This document shows, piece after piece, positions 40,164-47,381 of a DNA stretch of 64,000 bases. A model generated the notes under the pieces. It was not told the DNA's origin and did not search any database. It saw only the letters and a program-made list of their open reading frames with translations. The DNA is from Pseudomonadota bacterium (GTDB lineage Bacteria > Pseudomonadota > Alphaproteobacteria > Rhizobiales > Xanthobacteraceae), in NCBI GenBank assembly GCA_049323835.1, contig JBMOOJ010000104.1, positions 9,692 through 73,691 on the forward strand. The letters are read 5' to 3'. Numbering within the stretch: position 1 is the first letter of the stretch; every line of letters begins with the position of its first letter. Position numbers and translations under genes: made by a program.

Positions 40164-41011
40164 CTGCCAGTACTCCCGCTGCCGGTTCGGCGCTCCGCAG
40201 AGTCTCCGGACTGCCGCGCCGCGAATTGCTGCGCATGGCCGATGACATCTTCCATCATTGCTGCGAGTAGAACGTCGCCCTTCGCGCGCGTCGCCAGCGT
40301 CGGATCGCCGAAACTGCCGGAGGGACTGTAACTCGGCGACGAGGAATCGCTGCGCGTCAGCGGCCCCAGCACATTGACGCGATCGGCCGGACTGGCTTCA
40401 GCCCGCGCCATCGTCACCACATGCGGTGCGATCGCCAGCATCAGCGAGGTTTCGAGTTCGTCCGCGTGGCTGCCGTGACGCTGCTCGGCGAGCCTGCTTG
40501 CGGCCGCGCGATAACGAGCGCCCTGATGCACGCGCAGATGCAGCACGTCGCTCGGCTTGAATGATGCAAGGGCGCGCTCGGTCGGCGCGATGGTCGAAAT
40601 GCCGGTATCGATCACGATCAGTGCGCGGACACCGGATGCGAGAATGCCTGCCGCGATTTCAGCTATCAGCGATTCATAGACCGGCGCAGAGAGCGAACTG
40701 CTGCCAGGATAATCCACGAACGCCGGATAGTGTCCGTATGCGACCGTCGGCCAGATCAGCGCATCGATCTTCTCGGCGATCCGCGCGGCGAAGAACTCTG
40801 CCTGAATCTGATCCGTGTTCATCGGCAGATGCAAGCCATGCTCCTTGCTGCCTGCGCCGATCGGCAGCAGCGCCACCGCGCCTGTCTTGATCCGGGCCTC
40901 AATCGCATCCCAAGTCATTTTCGCAACAGCATGACGATCGCCATTGACCGAGCCGCGGAACAGACTGGTCAACCCGGACGTCGCGTCTGCAAGGGTGAAC
41001 GGAGCTTTCAT
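40160..41011 (-). CDS. Creatininase-family amidohydrolase/peptidase
   Basis: LLPIGAGSKEHGLHLPMNTD and HADELETS metal-ligand motifs of the creatinine amidohydrolase fold. The start is uncertain (41011 or 40918). Confidence 0.75.
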   Translation of the reverse strand: MKAPFTLADATSGLTSLFRGSVNGDRHAVAKMTWDAIEARIKTGAVALLPIGAGSKEHGLHLPMNTDQIQAEFFAARIAEKIDALIWPTVAYGHYPAFVDYPGSSSLSAPVYESLIAEIAAGILASGVRALIVIDTGISTIAPTERALASFKPSDVLHLRVHQGARYRAAASRLAEQRHGSHADELETSLMLAIAPHVVTMARAEASPADRVNVLGPLTRSDSSSPSYSPSGSFGDPTLATRAKGDVLLAAMMEDVIGHAQQFAARQSGDSAERRTGSGSTGR

Positions 41012-41145
41012 GCGGCCATCGTCATCCGCCAAACATTGTATGCGATTGGACGCGAGACGCACGTGCGCGGCAATTCACATTCCTGTTGCGCGCATGACAA
41101 TTTGGTTAGTTTCGGACGCGATCCGCACGGCGATGCGGCGTGCTG

Positions 41146-41931
41146 CTAGGCGCCGACGGCGACGCCACCAAGCAGGCCGGACGTCACCCAGCCGCGCAGA
41201 TAACCTGCGCCACGGCCGGCGGCGTTGTCCGGATCGTCGTAGGTCGCCAGCATCGAGCACAGTACGCCAAACGGAATGCCGGCGGCAGCCTCGTCCCACA
41301 TCATCGCCTCTTCCACGGTGAGTTCGCGGAACATCGGCGTGTTGTCCTGCCGCCAGACGAGAATGCGGCAGGGTTCGCCGAGCACCTCCGCATCCGGCGG
41401 CGTCTCTTCGTTCTTGAGCGCGATCCAGATGGCGGCTGCGTTGGTCGTGAGATCGAAACGCTTCGCTGTGGAATGCGGCTTGAAGCGCAGGTCGTTCCAG
41501 GACTCAGGCGGCACTGCCGCGATATCCTCGATTGCGACGACGTCACCATCCGTCGCATCGAATACGTCGTTGAGCGCACGCTCGAGTTCGGCGAGTTCGC
41601 AGATCGCGGGGTAGTCCGAATAGGGCTCGGTCGCGCGCAGGAAATCCGGAATGCCGCGCGAGTACCAGCGCAGGTTCGGATGCTCGGACGGCTTCGCCTG
41701 AACATAGGCCTTGCCCATGGCGTCGAACTCGTCGTCGCCGAGATACGTGTGCAGGTATGGATGGTCGTTGCCGATCGCCTCGACAAGGCGCGAGGAGTAA
41801 GCGTAGCGATAGACACCGAACAGGACGTCGCGCTTTTCCTTCGGGCTGTCGAGAATCTCGGCCAGAACGGAATCGTCACCGCTCATGATGCAGCGCTGGA
41901 ACTCGTCCTGAAGCTGCTGAAAGTTCTTCAT
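41146..41931 (-). CDS. bufC: DUF2063 protein, BufC-like partner of the MNIO enzyme
   Basis: 261 aa with the DUF2063 N-terminal pattern (FQ..I..GD....L..I......R..VYRYAYSSRLVEAIGNDHPYLHTYLGDDEFDAMGKAYVQAKPS..LRWY). ATG 41931 overlaps the DUF692 stop (ATGA). Confidence 0.8.
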   Translation of the reverse strand: MKNFQQLQDEFQRCIMSGDDSVLAEILDSPKEKRDVLFGVYRYAYSSRLVEAIGNDHPYLHTYLGDDEFDAMGKAYVQAKPSEHPNLRWYSRGIPDFLRATEPYSDYPAICELAELERALNDVFDATDGDVVAIEDIAAVPPESWNDLRFKPHSTAKRFDLTTNAAAIWIALKNEETPPDAEVLGEPCRILVWRQDNTPMFRELTVEEAMMWDEAAAGIPFGVLCSMLATYDDPDNAAGRGAGYLRGWVTSGLLGGVAVGA

Positions 41932-42866
41932 GCCTGCTGCCGCACCTGCTCCGTCGCCGGCAACACCTCCGCTGCGATGTCGCGCAGCTTCTGGACCTCG
42001 ACCAGAAGCTCGTCGAGCGGTGGGATATTGTCGTCGCGCTCGATAATGGTCGACACCGCACCGAAACGTTTCAGTGCAGCCGCGTACAGGTCCCAGACGT
42101 CGTCGCAGACGGGATGATCGTGCGTATCGACGATGTGCGTATCCATGTGCGTGTGGCCGGCCATATGGAACTGCACCACGCGGTCGCGTGGAATGCCTTC
42201 GAGGAACGTGTGCGGATCGTAGCCGTGATTGAAGGCGCTGACGTAGACATTGTTGACGTCGAACAGCAGCCAGCAGCCTGTGCGCCGGGACAGCTCGCTC
42301 AGAAACTCCCACTCGGTCATGTCGGGGTTCGCGAACTGGACATAGGTCGACACATTCTCAAGCACGATCTCGCGGCCGAGGAAATCCTGCACGAGATTCA
42401 CACGGCTCGCCACGTGATCGAGCGATTCGGTCGTATAGGGAATCGGCAGCAGGTCATGCAGGTTCTTTCCGTGCACGCCGGTCCAGCAGAGATGATCGGA
42501 AACCCATTTCGGTTCGACGCGCCTGGCGAGATCGCGCAGTTCGGTCAGGTAGTCATAGTTCGGCGGCGCAGTCGACGCGATCGAGAGCGACACACCATGC
42601 ATCACCACCGGATACCGCGCGCGGATACGTTCCAGCATCTGCAGCGGCTTGCCGCCGGGGATCATGTAGTTTTCGCTGATGACCTCGAACCAGTCGATCG
42701 GCGGATCGCCGTCGAGGATGTCGTTGTAGTGCTGAGGACGAAGGCCAAGCCCGAAGCCAAGGAATGGCGGCTTGGCGCCGGACAGTTTACTCTCGCTCAG
42801 ACGCGCCGTCTGGCGCGGAGCAGATGAAGCCTTCTCTGCGGTCGCAGTGGCGGCGCTGGACGTCAT
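41928..42866 (-). CDS. bufB: DUF692 / MbnB-like multinuclear non-haem iron oxidase (MNIO), BufB-like
   Basis: 312 aa. Motifs: FLGFGLGLRPQHYNDIL, DWFEVISENYM, VVMHGVSLSIAS, WVSDHLCWTG, LLPIPYT, VLENVSTY and IERDDNIP. GGAGG SD lies before ATG 42866. Confidence 0.85.
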   Translation of the reverse strand: MTSSAATATAEKASSAPRQTARLSESKLSGAKPPFLGFGLGLRPQHYNDILDGDPPIDWFEVISENYMIPGGKPLQMLERIRARYPVVMHGVSLSIASTAPPNYDYLTELRDLARRVEPKWVSDHLCWTGVHGKNLHDLLPIPYTTESLDHVASRVNLVQDFLGREIVLENVSTYVQFANPDMTEWEFLSELSRRTGCWLLFDVNNVYVSAFNHGYDPHTFLEGIPRDRVVQFHMAGHTHMDTHIVDTHDHPVCDDVWDLYAAALKRFGAVSTIIERDDNIPPLDELLVEVQKLRDIAAEVLPATEQVRQQA

Positions 42867-42941
42867 CCGGTGGCCTCCAAAGTCTCGATCGATCGGCGTC
42901 GGAACCGCGATACGATTACGGTTCCTAATTACCACAAAGAG

Positions 42942-42972
42942 AAAAGGACTGGCAGAGGCTGCCAGTCCTTTT
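42942..42972 (-). terminator. Intrinsic terminator/attenuator between precursor copy A and bufB
   Basis: AAAAGGACTGGCAG, loop AGG, CTGCCAGTCCTTTT: a 14-bp stem. On the minus strand it is followed by CTCTTTG. It starts 14 nt after the copy A stop. A second hairpin GGAACCG-N11-CGGTTCC lies at 42901-42925. Confidence 0.5.
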
Positions 42973-42985
42973 CGGAAGAAGACGC

Positions 42986-43243
42986 TTACGACTTCTTGAA
43001 GTTGCCCTTCGCGGCGTCGCACTTGTCCTTCGACATCATCGCAAAGCCCTGACCCTTGCAGGCGTTCTGGCCTTTGCATGCATTCGCGCCGCCCTTGCAG
43101 GCGCCCTGGCCCTTGCAGGCGTTCGCGCCGACGCACTGACCTTCGCCAGCAGCCTGGGCGTTCGCCGAAACAGTCGCGCCAGCGAGGAAGAGAGCAGCAG
43201 CGGCGACGGCGAGCGTCGCACCAGACTTCGAATTGAGCTTCAT
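42986..43243 (-). CDS. bufA: Secreted 6-Cys RiPP precursor, copy A (BufA2-like bufferin precursor)
   Basis: 85 aa: MKLNSKSGATLAVAAAALFLAGATVSANA|QAAGEGQCVGANACKGQGACKGGANACKGQNACKGQGFAMMSKDKCDAAKGNFKKS. GGAGGA SD lies 7 nt upstream. Confidence 0.8.
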   Translation of the reverse strand: MKLNSKSGATLAVAAAALFLAGATVSANAQAAGEGQCVGANACKGQGACKGGANACKGQNACKGQGFAMMSKDKCDAAKGNFKKS

Positions 43244-43373
43244 GGTAATCCTCCAGAGGTTTTCGACAGAAAGAACTGTCGCGATAACAGCTACGGGCGA
43301 ATTCAAGATCGTTTCAGGAATCGGCAGGAAGAAAAATATTCTCGCACCCGCACTTGTCATCGCGACGACAGAC

Positions 43374-43399
43374 GGGGACCGGCTACGCAGCCGGTCCCC
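43374..43399 (-). terminator. Stem-loop downstream of precursor copy B
   Basis: GGGGACCGGCT, loop ACGC, AGCCGGTCCCC: a perfect 11-bp stem, 14 nt after the stop. Confidence 0.45.
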
Positions 43400-43412
43400 G
43401 CTGCGTTCCGGA

Positions 43413-43670
43413 TCAGGACTTCTCGAACTTGCCCTTGACCTTGTCGCACTCGGCCTTGCTGACCGAGGTGAAGCCCTTGCCCTTGCAGGCGTTCTGGCCC
43501 TTGCAGGCGTTCGCACCGCCCTTGCAGGCGCCCTGGCCCTTGCAGGCGTTCGCGCCGACGCAGTGGCCCTTGTCCTGGGCCTGGGCGACCGACGTCATGG
43601 CCGCACCGGCCAGGAACAGGGTCGCAGCGGCAACAGCGATGGTCGCGCCCGATTTCGAATTCAGTTTCAT
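43413..43670 (-). CDS. bufA: Secreted 6-Cys RiPP precursor, copy B
   Basis: 85 aa: MKLNSKSGATIAVAAATLFLAGAAMTSVAQA|QDKGHCVGANACKGQGACKGGANACKGQNACKGKGFTSVSKAECDKVKGKFEKS. GGAGGA SD upstream. Confidence 0.8.
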   Translation of the reverse strand: MKLNSKSGATIAVAAATLFLAGAAMTSVAQAQDKGHCVGANACKGQGACKGGANACKGQNACKGKGFTSVSKAECDKVKGKFEKS

Positions 43671-44046
43671 AACGAGTCCTCCAGAAGACATGATTGACTT
43701 GGATAAGTCACTTGAACTGGACATCGCCGGAGCGGCTTCGCACGCAAATGGATGTGCACGCCGACGCTCAGGCTCAATCGAGGTGCCGTGCAGCATCCAA
43801 GGATGAGAACGGTCACGAGGAGCATTACGCCGGGAGCTGCGTTTGGTTACTTCGGGCTTGAAAATAATTCTTCCGCTACCGCCTGCCGCGAAACGTCATG
43901 CCTGCGGAGAACGGCGATCACGAAAAGGTTGACTTAGCTCGTTGCGGCGTTCCGCCTGGCGCAAGAGCAACAGCTGTCACCTGTCCGCCACAGGCATCTG
44001 ACAGGTACGCTGGAAACAGGCCCGCAAAAACGGCGTAGAAACGGAA

Positions 44047-44073
44047 AGGAGGCCGGCAACTAGCCGGCCTCCT
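44047..44073 (-). terminator. Intrinsic terminator downstream of precursor copy C
   Basis: AGGAGGCCGGC, 5-nt loop, GCCGGCCTCCT. On the minus strand it is followed by TTCCGTTTCTACGCCGTTTTT. Confidence 0.5.
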
Positions 44074-44084
44074 TCGCATCGTTA

Positions 44085-44342
44085 TCAGCTTGCGACGAAC
44101 TTGCCGCCGACTGCGGCGCAGCTCTTCGCATCGGTCAGCGAGAAGCCCTGGCCCTTGCAGGCATTCTGTCCCTTGCAAGCGCTCGCCCCGCCCTTGCAGG
44201 CGCTCTGGCCCTTGCAGGCATTGCCGACCATGCACTTGCCCTTGGCCGCCTGAGCGTTAGCGGTCGAAACGGCAGCACCTGCCAGGAACAGCGCGGCAGC
44301 GGCGACAGCGAGGGTGGCACCCGACTTGGAATTCAGCTTCAT
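44085..44342 (-). CDS. bufA: Secreted 6-Cys RiPP precursor, copy C (most diverged)
   Basis: 85 aa from ATG 44342: MKLNSKSGATLAVAAAALFLAGAAVSTANA|QAAKGKCMVGNACKGQSACKGGASACKGQNACKGQGFSLTDAKSCAAVGGKFVAS. GAGGAG SD upstream. Confidence 0.8.
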   Translation of the reverse strand: MKLNSKSGATLAVAAAALFLAGAAVSTANAQAAKGKCMVGNACKGQSACKGGASACKGQNACKGQGFSLTDAKSCAAVGGKFVAS

Positions 44343-44673
44343 GACGATCTCCTCTGATGTGTTGAGGCGCATGGACGACGGAATTCTTCGGACCGCCCAC
44401 GCACCGTTTGCTTCGGAGATCCCTCCGGCAGGTCAATCAAAAGGAACGCAATGATGCAGTGCGAGCCCGGGGATGAGCCCACGCGCGTTCAAGACGTTCC
44501 CATCGCTCCCACACCTCCCCGGACGAACCATCCGGTGGCGAGATACGAGGCACCTTCCGTTCGGGGTGCAGGACGGCGAAAAAAATCTGCCGGCCGTGGA
44601 GCGGCGGAACGCCGCACTGAAGTATCGGGGCACCTCCAGCGAAATCGTCAACGCAAGATTTGCTTGCAACGCA

Positions 44674-44705
44674 ATATGCCGGATCTCTTGCGAGATCCGG
44701 CATAT
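44674..44705 (-). terminator. Perfect 14-bp palindrome downstream of the DUF255 gene (terminator or operator)
   Basis: ATATGCCGGATCTC, loop TTGC, GAGATCCGGCATAT. It starts 28 nt after the stop at 44733. No clear T tract follows. Confidence 0.4.
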
Positions 44706-44732
44706 CCATATCCTGACGCCGAACAGCTGCAA

Positions 44733-46538
44733 TCACTTCATCGATTGCCGCTGTGGCTTGAGCTTCGCCATCTGCTCGACGGTGTCTTTCAGTTCCTTCG
44801 CGTTGAATGACGGGAAGGAGCAGATTCGGTTGCTGCACGCGAACGCAGCCGCCTGGCCGAGGTCCGGATATTCGACATCCGGGTTCGGCAGTTTGCCTTC
44901 GCGCAGATCGAGCCACTCGAGCCGCTTGTAGCGCGCCGGATAGGCCCGGGCGACGCTGTGCAGATCGCGTGCCTTCGTGTCGTCCTTGCGGCCGACGATC
45001 GTGATATGGGTCGGCTCGACCGCGAGTTCTTCATCGGCGAGCAGCACGCCCGGCAGCGGCCGCACCAGTTCGGCGGTCATGCCGGCGAGATACTTCATCG
45101 CGTGCACCGCATTGTCGTGATATGCCTCGCTGCCGAAATACCGGTCGAGCAGATTGAGGAAGCGCGCGACCTGAATCTGATCTTCCATCAGCTTGGCCGG
45201 CTTCGCGAATACGCCAACCTTGGCTTCGCTGGTCTTTGAGGTAAAGAAGCCGCCGCCGGCCTCGTCCTTGAAGTTGGCGATGACGAAGTCGCCGGCCTTG
45301 CCCGCCGCGGTCAGCCATTCGCGGTTACCTGTCGCGCCATACAGGTCGAGAAACGCCTGCCCCATGGTGGCGGTATCGCCGAGGAACGGGCCGCCGCGAT
45401 CCTTCGCGCCATGCTTGAAGCCGCCATCCGGCAACGAACGGTTGGCGATCACCCAGCGCGCCGCGCGCTCCATCCGCTCGAGCGTCGCCGCATCCTTGGT
45501 GACGCCGTAGTAGGCGGCAAGTCCGCTGATCGCCCAGCCATTTTCACGTGCGTAAAGGTTCTTGTCGATGCGCGGCATGCCAAGCTTGCGGCGCTCCGCG
45601 TCGTTCAGCGCGTAGAAGGCATGGCCATCGACCTCGCGATTGAGATCGGCGTCCTGGCTGACATAGTACGCGCCCTCGGGCCCGAGCATCATCGACGTCA
45701 GGTAGCGCTCGATGTCCTTTGCCGCCTTCAGGTACTTCGGGTCGTTCCAGCGCGCATATGCCTGGCTGTACTGACGCAGATACTGACCCTGGAACGACAT
45801 GATCTTTTCGAAGTGCGCCTTCTGCCAGGAGCCGGCTTCGGAGTATTGATAGACGCCGCCCCACACCGGATCGATCAGCGCGATCGCGGCATCGAGCGTC
45901 TGGCGTGCGCGCTTGACCGCTTGCGCATCCCCCGCTTCCGCACGCAGCATCGCATAGTCAAAGCTGTCGGCGTCGATGTACTTCTGGTTTTCGCCCCAGG
46001 CGCCGATCTTGTCCTCATAGGATTCGTCGTAGCGCTTGATCAGCGCCTCGCGCTTCTCCTTCGAGAGGAACTTCTCCTTGGCCGGCTCGACAGCGAACGC
46101 CTGCCCGATCGACGGGCCCGGCGTCGGATCGTCGATCACCGCTTGCAGGATCGACGCCATCCGCTCCGGCTCGATGTAGCCTCGGAATTTCGCGATCTCG
46201 TTGCCGTCCGGCCCAAAGATGATGGTCGCGGGCCAGCCCCAGTCGCCGTAACGGCTGGAGAGATCCGGATTGGCGTCCTGATCGGCACGGACCGGAATGT
46301 ATTTCGCAGCGAGCAGCTCGTTGACCTTCTTGTCCGCGTAGGTGGTTTTGTGCATCACATGGCACCAGTGACACCACACCGCCTCCATATCGAGGATGAC
46401 GAATCGCTTCTCCGCCGTCGCCTTGGTGAAGATATCCTCACTCCATTCGCTCCATTTGACGCCGCCCTCGTCGGCGGCGAAGGCAGGCAAAGCGAACAGC
46501 GCGGCGATGGCGAGTGCCAGGACCCGGACGAACTTCAT
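44733..46538 (-). CDS. Secreted thioredoxin-fold DUF255 (YyaL-like) protein
   Basis: Signal peptide MKFVRVLALAIAALFALPAFA. CxxC in the DUF255 context (DMEAVWCHWCHVMHK). Long alpha/alpha-toroid-like C-terminal domain. 601 aa. Confidence 0.8.
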   Translation of the reverse strand: MKFVRVLALAIAALFALPAFAADEGGVKWSEWSEDIFTKATAEKRFVILDMEAVWCHWCHVMHKTTYADKKVNELLAAKYIPVRADQDANPDLSSRYGDWGWPATIIFGPDGNEIAKFRGYIEPERMASILQAVIDDPTPGPSIGQAFAVEPAKEKFLSKEKREALIKRYDESYEDKIGAWGENQKYIDADSFDYAMLRAEAGDAQAVKRARQTLDAAIALIDPVWGGVYQYSEAGSWQKAHFEKIMSFQGQYLRQYSQAYARWNDPKYLKAAKDIERYLTSMMLGPEGAYYVSQDADLNREVDGHAFYALNDAERRKLGMPRIDKNLYARENGWAISGLAAYYGVTKDAATLERMERAARWVIANRSLPDGGFKHGAKDRGGPFLGDTATMGQAFLDLYGATGNREWLTAAGKAGDFVIANFKDEAGGGFFTSKTSEAKVGVFAKPAKLMEDQIQVARFLNLLDRYFGSEAYHDNAVHAMKYLAGMTAELVRPLPGVLLADEELAVEPTHITIVGRKDDTKARDLHSVARAYPARYKRLEWLDLREGKLPNPDVEYPDLGQAAAFACSNRICSFPSFNAKELKDTVEQMAKLKPQRQSMK

Positions 46539-46740
46539 GGGAATTCCCCTTGATGATCCACGTTAAAGTCACGTGGGATGCGAGCAGAGCGATGCCGGAA
46601 ATACGGGCCACGCTCCGATCCGGCTCAGGGGGACAGAAGGGTCACGCAAACGTGAGGCTGCTGCGCCACCCGCGCAAGGCCGAGCGTCCGGACTACGCCG
46701 GACGCGCGTCAAGCTCTGCGCACCGGAGCAGTCGCGATGC

Positions 46741-47229
46741 CTATTTTCCGCTCTCGTTACGCCCGCTGCTGCGCAACAGCAGGTAATCGAGCGACACCTT
46801 GCCGGGGCCAGCGACGGCGAGCCAGAAGAACACCGCCATGTAGGTGAACTCCTCGAAGCCCAGCAGGATATCGAGCGAGCTCTCGCCGGCCGAGTAGGAC
46901 TTCATCCAGTCACCGAATTTCGCCACCTTGACCGCAACGATCATGACGAAGGCGAGTTGCGCCGCGAAGATGCGCGTGAACAGGCCAAGGATCAGGGCGA
47001 TGCCGCCGAAAAACTCGACGCCGGACGCGAACGGCGTAAGAAGAGCGGGGAACGGAATGCCCCACTCGGTGAAGTTCTGGATCATCACCGGCAGGTTGTT
47101 GAGCTTCTGCCAACCCGTCCACATGAAGACGTAGCCTACCACGAGACGCGCGTACAAAGGCCCGGCCCACGAAAAATGCGCGGCGATCCGGGCAGGCAGG
47201 GCAATCAGCAGGTTAACGAGAAAATCCAT
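46741..47229 (-). CDS. DoxX-family membrane protein
   Basis: 162 aa from ATG 47229, 4 TM segments, DoxX-like sequence (..LVVGYVFMWTGWQKL..GGIALILGLFTRI..). Confidence 0.8.
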   Translation of the reverse strand: MDFLVNLLIALPARIAAHFSWAGPLYARLVVGYVFMWTGWQKLNNLPVMIQNFTEWGIPFPALLTPFASGVEFFGGIALILGLFTRIFAAQLAFVMIVAVKVAKFGDWMKSYSAGESSLDILLGFEEFTYMAVFFWLAVAGPGKVSLDYLLLRSSGRNESGK

Positions 47230-47263
47230 GATACCCCCAGATGCTTGTCCCTCAGGCGCCAAA

Positions 47264-47319
47264 CTTCAAACGACCAAGGTTTCAAACCACTAAAACCTTC
47301 AACTACCAAGGCTTCAAAC
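47264..47319. promoter_or_regulatory. Four direct repeats (C/T)TTCAA(A)C with ~16-nt period upstream of doxX
   Basis: CTTCAAAC at 47264, TTTCAAAC at 47280, CTTCAAC at 47297, CTTCAAAC at 47312. The longer unit ACCAAGG(T/C)TTCAAAC occurs at 47273-47287 and 47305-47319. The array lies 35-90 nt upstream of the doxX ATG. Confidence 0.3.
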
Positions 47320-47381
47320 GCTCGGCGTGACACTACGGCTCACGAGGTATTCGAACGGAAACGGATGGATGTTACGGCCGC

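Noticed and set aside
43040-43570. Regularly spaced CCCTTGCAGGCG repeats, considered as a CRISPR-like or non-coding tandem array
   Set aside because: The repeats are only 12 nt with 6-9-nt spacers, lie in frame inside ORFs, and encode the A-C-K-G units. There are no cas genes in the window.
43233-43806. Plus-strand ORFs of 154 and 150 aa covering the precursor genes
   Set aside because: They are antisense to the three minus-strand 85-aa genes. The minus-strand genes have strong SDs, signal peptides, conserved Cys spacing and identical lengths, while the plus-strand translations are Leu/Ala/Gly repeats produced by the mirror of the A-C-K-G repeat.
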